In this document: piece after piece, positions 29,151 to 37,542 of the stretch
Layout: each line of letters starts with the position of its first letter
Position numbering within the stretch: the first letter of the stretch is position 1
From: a bacterium
GTDB taxonomy: Bacteria; Patescibacteriota; Saccharimonadia; Saccharimonadales; UBA4665
Direction: 5' to 3'
NCBI GenBank assembly: GCA_027448765.1
Contig: DAIDMV010000002.1
Span: 366-64,365, forward strand
Length of the DNA stretch: 64,000 nucleotides
Position numbers and translations under genes: made by a program
Notes under the pieces: model-generated
What the model was told of the DNA's origin: nothing
The model's input: the letters and a program-made list of their open reading frames with translations, nothing else
Databases searched by the model: none

Positions 29151-29279
29151 TTTGTTGATTTGTGAATGGCTTTTCTCCAATACGAGACTTTATTGTGGCG
29201 AGCTATTAAAGTCTGACTAATTGCTTTGCGGTCTATATTAAATTTGGTATAGACTTATATTGCCATAACTGTGTTGGTT

Positions 29280-30182
29280 TTAAGGTTTCTTGTTATTGAT
29301 AGGTTTCTTGTTATTGCTAGGATTGTTATTGTTCATATTGCTAGGATTGTTATTGTTGTTATTGCTAGGATTGTTATTGTTCATATTGCTAGGATTGTTA
29401 TTGTTCATATTGCTAGGATTGTTATTGTTCATATTGCTAGGATTGTTATTGTTGTTCTGGGAATTTTTTGTATTGTGTGAGTTGACTGTGTTATTAGAAT
29501 GACTGTTAGAGGTATTGTTGTTGTTAGATTTGGTTTGATTATAGCTATTGTTGTTCTTAGTAGTTTGATTATTTGATTGAATAGTATTATTGGACTTAAC
29601 AGTATTGCCATTATTGTTGTGTGAAGCAATGGTGTTGCCATTGTTGTTGTTTGAGTTTAATGGTGCGTTATTGGTGTTGTTAGAATATAAATTATTGTTG
29701 GATTTAACAGTTTTATTAAAACTGTTGCTAGTGTTGTAACTATCAGTGTAAGTATTGTTAGTTGTGGTTGTGTCGTTAGTGGTTGAAGTATTAGTTTCAG
29801 TATTGTAAGTGTAAGTATCGTAAGAATCTGTAGTTACAATTCTTGAAATTGGCATTTCTGAACCATTGGCATAATCGCCGACAGCACTGTTTGAATCTGG
29901 ATTAGTGTTAGTTGCGCTAGATGTGTTGCTGCCATTAGAACTAGTAACGGTGACTGATCCATTGCTTTGTTGAGTAGCTGGATTAGAGCAAGTATTAGAA
30001 TTACTATTTGTTTTTTGAGTATCAGAAATATTTTTCATGATACCTGTTGATAAAACATTGAATTGTGCTTTAACGATGTCTGTAGTAATTAAAACAGAAA
30101 TTAAAATTACTAAAGGTAAACCAATCATTAAAATCAAAAGATTTGTATTGATTGCAATATTGGAAGAATTAAATTTAGGCAT
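29280..30182 (-). CDS. Membrane-anchored Asn/Ser/Thr-rich low-complexity surface protein with C-terminal octapeptide repeats
   Basis: 300 aa with an N-terminal TM anchor (LLILMIGLPLVILISVLI). The rest is dominated by N, S and T. The C-terminus carries six copies of NNNNPSN(M/N). AAGGAG RBS. Confidence 0.75.
   Translation of the reverse strand: MPKFNSSNIAINTNLLILMIGLPLVILISVLITTDIVKAQFNVLSTGIMKNISDTQKTNSNSNTCSNPATQQSNGSVTVTSSNGSNTSSATNTNPDSNSAVGDYANGSEMPISRIVTTDSYDTYTYNTETNTSTTNDTTTTNNTYTDSYNTSNSFNKTVKSNNNLYSNNTNNAPLNSNNNNGNTIASHNNNGNTVKSNNTIQSNNQTTKNNNSYNQTKSNNNNTSNSHSNNTVNSHNTKNSQNNNNNPSNMNNNNPSNMNNNNPSNMNNNNPSNNNNNNPSNMNNNNPSNNKKPINNKKP
29313..29456. repeat. Six head-to-tail copies of a 24-bp unit inside the surface-protein gene
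   Basis: The unit ATTGCTAGGATTGTTATTGTTCAT starts at 29313, 29337, 29361, 29385, 29409 and 29433. Copies 2 and 6 end GTT instead of CAT. An 18-bp unit AGGTTTCTTGTTATTGNT x2 lies immediately upstream (29283-29318). Confidence 0.9.
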
Positions 30183-30437
30183 AATACCCCTTCTCCTTGA
30201 TTAATTAATAAACTCCACCTCCAACTCTATTACTAGAGTTTAATAAGCGCTTATACTGATATTTATTTAATACCTATATTTACAAAAATGCAATAATGTT
30301 TTAAAACATTAGCGTTTTATTTCTGTAATTTTTATCTGTTAGTCCGTTGTATATAAAACTTTTACTGATGTCTAGCTGATTTTTTTTGTAATAAATTTTT
30401 ATTTAGGTCTAATTATTTGTATAATTAAAAATTAGTT

Positions 30438-31400
30438 ATGAAATTAGTTATTTTTATACCTTGCTTAAATGAGGAACAAACCTTACCCATCGTTATCGAT
30501 TCGATTCCAAAAAAAATTAAAGGCATTGATAAAATTGAAATTTTAGTTATTGATGATGGTTCAACCGATAAAACATCAGCTGTAGCGAAAAAATTAGGCG
30601 TAACTCGTATCATTAGACATGTTGGCAATAAAGGTCTAGCCTATTCGTTCCGCGACGGCATCAGGGGTTCTTTAGAAATGGGTGCCGACATCATTGTTTT
30701 AACCGATGGAGATAATCAATACCCTCAAGAACGAATTCCGGATCTAATTCAACCAATCTTAAATCAAACAGCTGATTTAGTGATTGCCGATCGGCAAATT
30801 GATAAGATCCCTCATTTTACTAACTTTAAAAAGTTTTTACAAAAATTTGGTACTTGGGTTCTAAATAATGCGGCTGGTACTGATTTACCAGATGGTACAT
30901 CTGGTTTTCGAGCTTTTTCAAAAGAAGCAGCTATCGATATTAATCTGATTACTAGATATAGTTTTGGGATGGAAACAGCTATTCAGGCTGGCAATAAACG
31001 TCAAAGAATAGCAACAATTAAAATTAAAACTAATCCTAAAACTCGAGAATCTCGCTTAATGAGTTCTGATCTAGGTCATGCTAAAAAGTCAGCCGTGGCT
31101 ATCATGAGGGGTTATTTGATGTATAAACCCTATGTCGTCTTTATTACACTCGGTTTTATTATGTTATTAGTTGGTTTGGTGCCTTTTGTTAATTATTTGA
31201 TAATCTTTTTAACCACTAAACATCCAGGTGGACCGCATCATATTCAGTCATTATTATTGGGTGTAGTTTTTTTGGTAGCTTCATTCTTCTCGTTTGCTTT
31301 AGCACTTTTAGCTGATTTGATTAGAATTAATCGTTCTTTACTAGAAGATGTTTTAGAACATCAAAGAAGAGTTGAATATATTAAAAAAACCAAAAATTAG
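30438..31400 (+). CDS. GT2 polyprenol-phosphate glycosyltransferase (Ppm1/DPM1/GtrB-like)
   Basis: 320 aa with FIPCLNEE, VIDDGSTD and TDGDNQY, plus two C-terminal TM helices. Confidence 0.85.
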   Translation: MKLVIFIPCLNEEQTLPIVIDSIPKKIKGIDKIEILVIDDGSTDKTSAVAKKLGVTRIIRHVGNKGLAYSFRDGIRGSLEMGADIIVLTDGDNQYPQERIPDLIQPILNQTADLVIADRQIDKIPHFTNFKKFLQKFGTWVLNNAAGTDLPDGTSGFRAFSKEAAIDINLITRYSFGMETAIQAGNKRQRIATIKIKTNPKTRESRLMSSDLGHAKKSAVAIMRGYLMYKPYVVFITLGFIMLLVGLVPFVNYLIIFLTTKHPGGPHHIQSLLLGVVFLVASFFSFALALLADLIRINRSLLEDVLEHQRRVEYIKKTKN

Positions 31401-32910
31401 ACGAGTAGTGTTTTTTACCTTCAATAATAACGTGTTTGGTGATATGTTTAGCGGTTTTATTGATCGTTTTAACAGTCTGATTATTGATGAGCCAGCTATC
31501 TTCGCTTCTAGATATAAAGGTTAAGACACCACCACCTTCTAAGAACATTAAAACTATAATAATAGCTAAAAAAACTTTAACTTTTGGATGATGTTTTAAT
31601 AATTTGATTAAAAAGAATCCACCAATTGAAGCCATAAAGAGCAAAATTGGAATTAAATAGCGGCCGTTCATTAATTCCAGGACATTAGTATACAGGTAGG
31701 TTTGAAAACCTTCAAAAATTAAGGCAATTAAATAGATTACGATGACTAGAATCATTAAATTGATATAGTCATTGGTCTTAAAGATTTTTTTCCGGTATTT
31801 TATTAAAGCAAATATGACTATAGCGGCTAGAATTAAGAAAGCAGCACTTGGTAGTGGCAGTGGTGGATAATTAGAGAAATGAGTTTTTACTCCACTAACC
31901 GAGAAGAATAAACGATACCAAATCCAATAAACCCATTGTCCTAAATAAATAATAAAATTTTTATTTGGTTTGTAGGCGTTGTTAATTAATTCTTGATGGG
32001 TGACATAATTATGAAACCAAACACTATATGATGAGCATTGAGCCACACTGAGGACGTCATTGCATGGTGGATTAATAGTGTGATATTGAATTAAATTAAG
32101 ACCATCCCTTTGAAAAAATAAAGCTGCGGCAATCACAAAAAAAACTATAATCAGTAGCTTGGATAATTTAGAAATTGATTTAAAATTGTTTTTTAAGTTT
32201 AACCACATGTTTTTAAAAGATTTATCTGATACCTGATAAATTACAAAAATTAAATAAATTCCGATACCGGCCGCAATTGGTTCGTAAGCAAATTTGACTA
32301 ATGAAGCAAAAATAGCCAATATTACAATTGAAGCTAGAAGATTAATATTGAATTGTTTTTTTCTGAGTTGTTTGATGGCTTTAGCGCTTAAATAGGCAGT
32401 TAAGCCGGTCATTAAAAACATCATATTGTCATAATTAATTTGACCGGCCAGTTGTGGTACGATTGGAATAAGAGTAAAGATTAAAATCGATAGATTAGTA
32501 TAAATTTTTGATAGACCAATTTCCAGCATAAATTTATAAAAATAAATTAGACCAATCGTAAATAAAACAACGTCGATTAATCTTAGAAAAATAACTTGGC
32601 TGATTTGATTATGGACGAAGTTAGCATAAATTCTATAAGGAAAACTCATCAGATAATGATAAAGATACGAGGGGTGGACGGCGACATCACCATATGGATT
32701 GCCTCCCCGAGGTTGTTTAGTTAAAAATGGTGACAAATGACGGGCATAAATTCTGATTAACCCAAAATGAAAATTTTCATCAAAAGCTTGAGGATAAGCT
32801 GCTGAAATAGAAATCCAAACGGCCTCTAAAATAAAAAATACTAAAATTGTTATAAAGAAATAATTAGACTTAAAATAACTATTAAATTTCTCCTTAATCT
32901 TTGTTCTCAT
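31381..32910 (-). CDS. GT-C membrane glycosyltransferase, PMT (GT39)-like
   Basis: 509 aa with more than 10 TM helices. The first extracytoplasmic loop carries AFDENFHFGLIRIYA, matching the PMT signature FDE.HF....Y. Confidence 0.65.
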   Translation of the reverse strand: MRTKIKEKFNSYFKSNYFFITILVFFILEAVWISISAAYPQAFDENFHFGLIRIYARHLSPFLTKQPRGGNPYGDVAVHPSYLYHYLMSFPYRIYANFVHNQISQVIFLRLIDVVLFTIGLIYFYKFMLEIGLSKIYTNLSILIFTLIPIVPQLAGQINYDNMMFLMTGLTAYLSAKAIKQLRKKQFNINLLASIVILAIFASLVKFAYEPIAAGIGIYLIFVIYQVSDKSFKNMWLNLKNNFKSISKLSKLLIIVFFVIAAALFFQRDGLNLIQYHTINPPCNDVLSVAQCSSYSVWFHNYVTHQELINNAYKPNKNFIIYLGQWVYWIWYRLFFSVSGVKTHFSNYPPLPLPSAAFLILAAIVIFALIKYRKKIFKTNDYINLMILVIVIYLIALIFEGFQTYLYTNVLELMNGRYLIPILLFMASIGGFFLIKLLKHHPKVKVFLAIIIVLMFLEGGGVLTFISRSEDSWLINNQTVKTINKTAKHITKHVIIEGKKHYSSNFWFF

Positions 32911-32997
32911 ATGATTATTTAATTATTATAGCTTAATAACTGGAATTAAACTTAAAAAATATTACAGTTCGTTAGTTTGAAGTTGTACAATGAATTG

Positions 32998-33897
32998 ATG
33001 AAGAAAAAGTTGCAAATATTTTTTTCAATTTTAATTGTTTTAGTCACTATTTACATTTTTACAGATTATGTTATTAAACATCATCAAATTATTAGTCGCT
33101 TGTTGAAGGTTAATCCGTTGGAAATTATTTTAATCATCTTGCTTTATAGTCTTATTTTTGTGATTTTGTATTATCTTTTAAAGTTTATGGTTCAATATTT
33201 TGATATTAATATTGATAAGAAAGATAATTTATTATTAAATGCTTATTCTTTACTAGCCAATTTTTCTTTTTTTGGTCAGGCTGGTCCTGGTATCAGGGCT
33301 ATTTATTTACGTAATAAATTTAAACTAGCTATTAAAAAATTTATTTTTATAACTCTAATTTATTATTCTTTTTATTCGGTGATTGCGGTCTGTTTAATTT
33401 TATTTGGCAGTAGCTTGAAACTAATTTGGTCGATTTTAATTATTTTGATTGTGGTAAGTGCCAATTTTATAGTTATTAAGTGGTATTTAAAAAAACGCCA
33501 ATTAGATCGCCAGAAACATCTTTTATCGATTAAAAATTTAGTTTATATTTTTTTAGCTACTTTAGCTCAACTAATAATTCAGACGATTATTTATATGATT
33601 GAGTTAGAGTCGATTGGTAAATTTGCCATCCATCAAATTGTCGCTTACAGTGGTTTTGCTGACCTAGCTTTATTCGCTTCAATTACGCCTGGTGGTATCG
33701 GCATTAGAGAGGCTTTTTTAATTTTTTCTGAAAAAATACATCATATTCCTACGGCTAGTATCGTTTTAGCCAGTCTAATTGATCGTTCTGCTTATTTTAT
33801 TTATCTGATTGTTTTATTGATTATTGTTTTATTGTTTCATGGTTTTAAAAAAATAAAAAAATTAAAATTAAATGATAAAAATGAGCTTGAAAAATAA
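32998..33897 (+). CDS. Flippase-like / LPG-synthase-TM-domain (UPF0104) membrane protein
   Basis: Polytopic, with an ITPGGIGIREAF motif. The track ORF starts at TTG 32977; ATG 32998 is likelier. Confidence 0.6.
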   Translation: MKKKLQIFFSILIVLVTIYIFTDYVIKHHQIISRLLKVNPLEIILIILLYSLIFVILYYLLKFMVQYFDINIDKKDNLLLNAYSLLANFSFFGQAGPGIRAIYLRNKFKLAIKKFIFITLIYYSFYSVIAVCLILFGSSLKLIWSILIILIVVSANFIVIKWYLKKRQLDRQKHLLSIKNLVYIFLATLAQLIIQTIIYMIELESIGKFAIHQIVAYSGFADLALFASITPGGIGIREAFLIFSEKIHHIPTASIVLASLIDRSAYFIYLIVLLIIVLLFHGFKKIKKLKLNDKNELEK

Positions 33898-33925
33898 TTT
33901 AAATAGTGTATTATAAGTATTCGTA

Positions 33926-34249
33926 ATGGAAGAAATAAAAATGGAAAATTCTTCAATTGGTCAAGCTGAAGGTAGGTCTTTGACTTGTGGAGAATATTGC
34001 TCAAAAGTGTCTGACTGTTTAGACCAATTAAGAACTGACATGGGTATCCCAGACTGGGAGTATCAAATTATGATCGCTCAAGCTATTAACTCAACCGATA
34101 GACTTAGTGCGGGCGATTATTCACGAGCCAGAACATATATTAGTCACAAATTAGGTATTGATAGTAGTTTCAAGGATTTAGACGATTTTGCTAAAATATT
34201 ATTAGCTCAGCGTAAAGTTTTTGAATCTATCCATTCCAGATCTAAATAA
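33926..34249 (+). CDS. Hypothetical protein
   Basis: 107 aa, soluble. No family recognised. Looks somewhat less AT-rich than its neighbours (visual impression). Confidence 0.5.
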   Translation: MEEIKMENSSIGQAEGRSLTCGEYCSKVSDCLDQLRTDMGIPDWEYQIMIAQAINSTDRLSAGDYSRARTYISHKLGIDSSFKDLDDFAKILLAQRKVFESIHSRSK

Positions 34250-34251
34250 GT

Positions 34252-34677
34252 TTATTGATTCAAGATATTTTTTATAAATCTTTGAATGATGGTTTGATCA
34301 ATAGCCGTAACGGTAACTTTTTCTTGGGTTGTGCTGAGGATAGCTATTTCTCCGATTTTTTTACCAATAAGAGCTTGGGAAATTGGCGAGTTGGGGCTAG
34401 TATTGTCTGAATCAGGAATTAAATTAGGACACAACTTGGGTAAGCCAACAATGTTAACTTTATATTCATCGTGACTAGATTCAACTGTTATTTGACTGCC
34501 AAGACTAACATATTCATCATCATCTTCGGGTGGTAAAAAAACTTTAAAATTATTTATAATTTGATTTTTGGATGGTGATTCAAGATAAAGCCAATATTCT
34601 AACGATAGGATAACAAATTCTCTGTTTTGGAGTTGTAGAAACGTCTGATTGGGGTAAATTTCTTTTTCTCTACTCAC
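34252..34677 (-). CDS. GreA/GreB C-terminal-domain-like protein
   Basis: 141 aa. SPNSPISQALIGKKIGEIAIL parallels the GreA C-terminal SPIG.AL.GK.VGD block. No N-terminal coiled coil. Confidence 0.55.
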   Translation of the reverse strand: MSREKEIYPNQTFLQLQNREFVILSLEYWLYLESPSKNQIINNFKVFLPPEDDDEYVSLGSQITVESSHDEYKVNIVGLPKLCPNLIPDSDNTSPNSPISQALIGKKIGEIAILSTTQEKVTVTAIDQTIIQRFIKNILNQ

Positions 34678-34736
34678 CTTTTTAGAATACTAAAAAATAT
34701 AAAACTAAGCAGTGATATATCTAACACTTTTGTTGA

Positions 34737-35849
34737 TTAACCACCTATATAACCACCTACGTATTGAACTAACAAGTAAGTCCACAAAATACTAAATAGA
34801 ATAATAGTGAAATTAAAAAACCAGACTTTTTTCTGGCTAATTGACCAAATCATTAATGGAACAGCAAAATCCATTAAGGTGTATCTAGGAAAACCTCCAA
34901 ACTTGCCGCCTATAATGGGGATCATTAAAAATAAAAAGCTATACAGAGCTAGAATTTTATCTTTTTGATACCAGTAGATAACGGAGACAACTACAATAAT
35001 TAAAAAAATTAAATTAAAAATAGAAGTATTGTTCAGGCCACTAAAAAATGAGCTCTGTAGCCAACCATGATTTTTTTGAGTTAATAAAAAAGCTAGACCA
35101 TTGTTATACTTAATTTTTAAATAAAACATATAGCTCAACAGACCAAAAGTGCTAACAGTCACACTTAAAATAATTTTCTTGGGATTTAATTTATTTTTTA
35201 TTAGAATTAGAGCCGACAATGGAATTAAAAAAATACCATTAATCCTGGTAGCTGTGGCTAATAAGATCATTATGCTGGCTTTAATATACTTATTTTTAAG
35301 GCTAAAATAGAAAGCACCCAGGGCTAAAAAAGCAAACAGAGCTTCCGTAAAAGTACTTAACATAAAAATGGCACTAGGAAAAAGTGCCCACAGAATTGTT
35401 GCTTTTATAATCTCGGTTCGATTTGTGAGATTAAAATAATTTTTAACAATTTTAATATAAAAATATAAAGCACCAACAAAACTAGCCCAAGACAGCAATA
35501 ACCCACTATCCAAATAAGAATGAGCTACGTTATTGATCAATCTAACCATTAATGGATATAATGGAAAAAAATTAACTAAATAGAAGTGATTATAGCCATA
35601 TTTGGCGATATTGAGATAAATTACGCCATCCCAATTAGCCAGAAACTTAAGGTAGTTTTTAGAAAGATAAAGATTACCGATTTGTTTGGTGACGGGAATA
35701 ATTTGATTATTTTCATAGCCTAAAAAAATAGTTACGATTAAAATTGGTAAAAAAATTACTAATGCCCAAAAAATATCTTCTTGACTTAATTGTTTGCAAT
35801 GACTTTTAAAAATTAGGAACCACTTCTTTAGTTTTGATTCATAAAACAT
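34737..35849 (-). CDS. GT-C membrane mannosyltransferase, PIG-V-like
   Basis: 370 aa, polytopic. ANWDGVIYLNIAKYGY matches the WD..Y..IA..GY motif of PIG-V-type enzymes. Confidence 0.6.
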   Translation of the reverse strand: MFYESKLKKWFLIFKSHCKQLSQEDIFWALVIFLPILIVTIFLGYENNQIIPVTKQIGNLYLSKNYLKFLANWDGVIYLNIAKYGYNHFYLVNFFPLYPLMVRLINNVAHSYLDSGLLLSWASFVGALYFYIKIVKNYFNLTNRTEIIKATILWALFPSAIFMLSTFTEALFAFLALGAFYFSLKNKYIKASIMILLATATRINGIFLIPLSALILIKNKLNPKKIILSVTVSTFGLLSYMFYLKIKYNNGLAFLLTQKNHGWLQSSFFSGLNNTSIFNLIFLIIVVVSVIYWYQKDKILALYSFLFLMIPIIGGKFGGFPRYTLMDFAVPLMIWSISQKKVWFFNFTIILFSILWTYLLVQYVGGYIGG

Positions 35850-35872
35850 GATTATAAATTATTGTAACATCG

Positions 35873-37132
35873 TTAAGAGTTGGCTTCTAGCAATAGGCTA
35901 AAATATTCAGTACCACCAAAAGGAATTTTTTGTTTAATTTTTTGTTTAGCCTCTAAGCTGTTAGCGGTCGTGATTTGAAAATTACCATATTGATGATTAA
36001 TATCATCGATAGCTGTGGTTAAGTCGTTTGTTTGATTAACTTGATCTAATAAACTTAATTGATTACGACTAGTTTTTTGAAGTTGATAGCAACTTATACC
36101 AATTGTTTGAATTGTTAAATTGGGTCGTTGATTAAAAAGATAAAGGGCTTTAGAGTAAATATCATGATCACTAAAGAAGCTTAATTTAAACATTTTTCTT
36201 TTTAACCAATTCTCATGATTAGTAAAAATCATCCACACCAAAACTCCCCTAGCGTCAACATTTTTGTACCTCATTTTTTTACCGGTAGTTTGACATAAAA
36301 ATTGAAGATATGAGTTTAATTTATCGGTTTGATTGGTCGGATGATCAAGCACCCATTGACGACCAACCTGACCGAGTCGAGTTGTTAGGTCATCAACTTC
36401 ATAACCTCGTAATCTCTGGTACCAATCTTCGCCGATAGTACTTCGAAAGACCAAATTTTTAAGAGTTTGATGAGAAGCTTGTAAGAAATCTAGTGGTTGA
36501 TAAATTTGAACTGCGTTAAGTCGAGCAGCATAGTGTTCGGCAATACCTGGTAAATCTGTTAACTGGAGTTGTCGGTAGGTTGATACTAGGTTATGATGGT
36601 CGATTATATCTAGACCGTCTGGCTTGTGTAGAGAGCTGGCTAACTTGGCTAAGAACTGATTAGGTCCAATACCAATATTAATCGTTGTATAATGGCCTAT
36701 TTGATCTCTAACTGCCTGTTTAATATCTTGAGCTATGTTGGTTAATGATTGCTGGTGGAGGCTTGTTGGAGTATTGTGAAAATCAATCATGCCTTCATCG
36801 ATACTCTTCATTTTGATTTTAGGTGAATAATATTGCATGATTTTCATTAATTGTTGATAAACGTAATGATATTTAGGTGGATCACTTTCTAGAACAATAA
36901 TGTTGGGTATGATAGTTTTGACTTCCTCTAAATTCATACCAACTTTAGCCCCTTGTTGTTTAGCTTCATGTGATAGAGCAATTAAACAACACCGCTTAGA
37001 TAGTCGATTAGTAATGCCAATTGGTCGATGTCTTAATGATGGATGGGCTTGTTGTTCAATAGTGGCGAAGGCACTATTAAGGTCAATGTGCATAATGAGA
37101 GGTTTCTCATGATTCAAGTCTGGATTAAACAT
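35873..37132 (-). CDS. Y-family DNA polymerase (UmuC/DinB-like)
   Basis: 419 aa with MHIDLNSAFATIEQ (UmuC-like D.NSF.A..E), SIDEGMIDF and IGIGPNQFLAKLASSLHKPDG. Confidence 0.85.
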   Translation of the reverse strand: MFNPDLNHEKPLIMHIDLNSAFATIEQQAHPSLRHRPIGITNRLSKRCCLIALSHEAKQQGAKVGMNLEEVKTIIPNIIVLESDPPKYHYVYQQLMKIMQYYSPKIKMKSIDEGMIDFHNTPTSLHQQSLTNIAQDIKQAVRDQIGHYTTINIGIGPNQFLAKLASSLHKPDGLDIIDHHNLVSTYRQLQLTDLPGIAEHYAARLNAVQIYQPLDFLQASHQTLKNLVFRSTIGEDWYQRLRGYEVDDLTTRLGQVGRQWVLDHPTNQTDKLNSYLQFLCQTTGKKMRYKNVDARGVLVWMIFTNHENWLKRKMFKLSFFSDHDIYSKALYLFNQRPNLTIQTIGISCYQLQKTSRNQLSLLDQVNQTNDLTTAIDDINHQYGNFQITTANSLEAKQKIKQKIPFGGTEYFSLLLEANS

Positions 37133-37376
37133 TGATGAGAGCCACTAATTTCCAACTTAAAGAGCTGGTATTAAATTCTAATTGATAATCAGTTTGACCA
37201 TCACTAACATTAAAAATATAAAGTATTTTTTGACCACTATGAGTCGGATGCTGTAAACCGACTTCTTTAACAGTAATTAATTGATTTTTGTAATAGAATT
37301 TAGCTGGATAACAATGATTATTTTTAAAAACAGCAATCACCTGAGTTGGTTGATTAATATAAACAGTCGGGTCCAT
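37125..37376 (-). CDS. Small hypothetical protein translationally coupled to the Y-family polymerase
   Basis: 83 aa. AGGAGAAG RBS. 8-nt overlap with the polymerase start. No family recognised. Confidence 0.55.
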   Translation of the reverse strand: MDPTVYINQPTQVIAVFKNNHCYPAKFYYKNQLITVKEVGLQHPTHSGQKILYIFNVSDGQTDYQLEFNTSSLSWKLVALINV

Positions 37377-37542
37377 AAACTTCTCCTAATAATTAATTTT
37401 GAGTTGACGGATTTATAATTATTAGAGTTGAAATTGATAAAAAATTTAACCGTCGATAATTTTCTTAACAATTTAACTAAGAAGTTTAAAGAGATGATCA
37501 GGGCCCGGAGGATGACTATCTACTAGCCATTATAGTACTTTT

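Noticed and set aside
29271-29641. Three extra ORFs over the tandem-repeat region (29271-29480 +, 29290-29502 +, 29429-29641 -).
   Set aside because: They are artefacts of the 24-bp repeat remaining open in several frames. Only the 300-aa minus-strand frame has an RBS, an N-terminal anchor and a continuous reading frame.
37377-37542. Search for an SOS/LexA-type operator upstream of the Y-family polymerase operon. Also noted is a G+C-rich GGGCCCGGAGG island in this spacer.
   Set aside because: No CGAAC-N4-GTTCG, CTGT-N8-ACAG or other convincing palindrome was found. The GC island does not form a stable hairpin with a U-tract. A TTATCA-17-TATAAA promoter candidate exists but is unremarkable.
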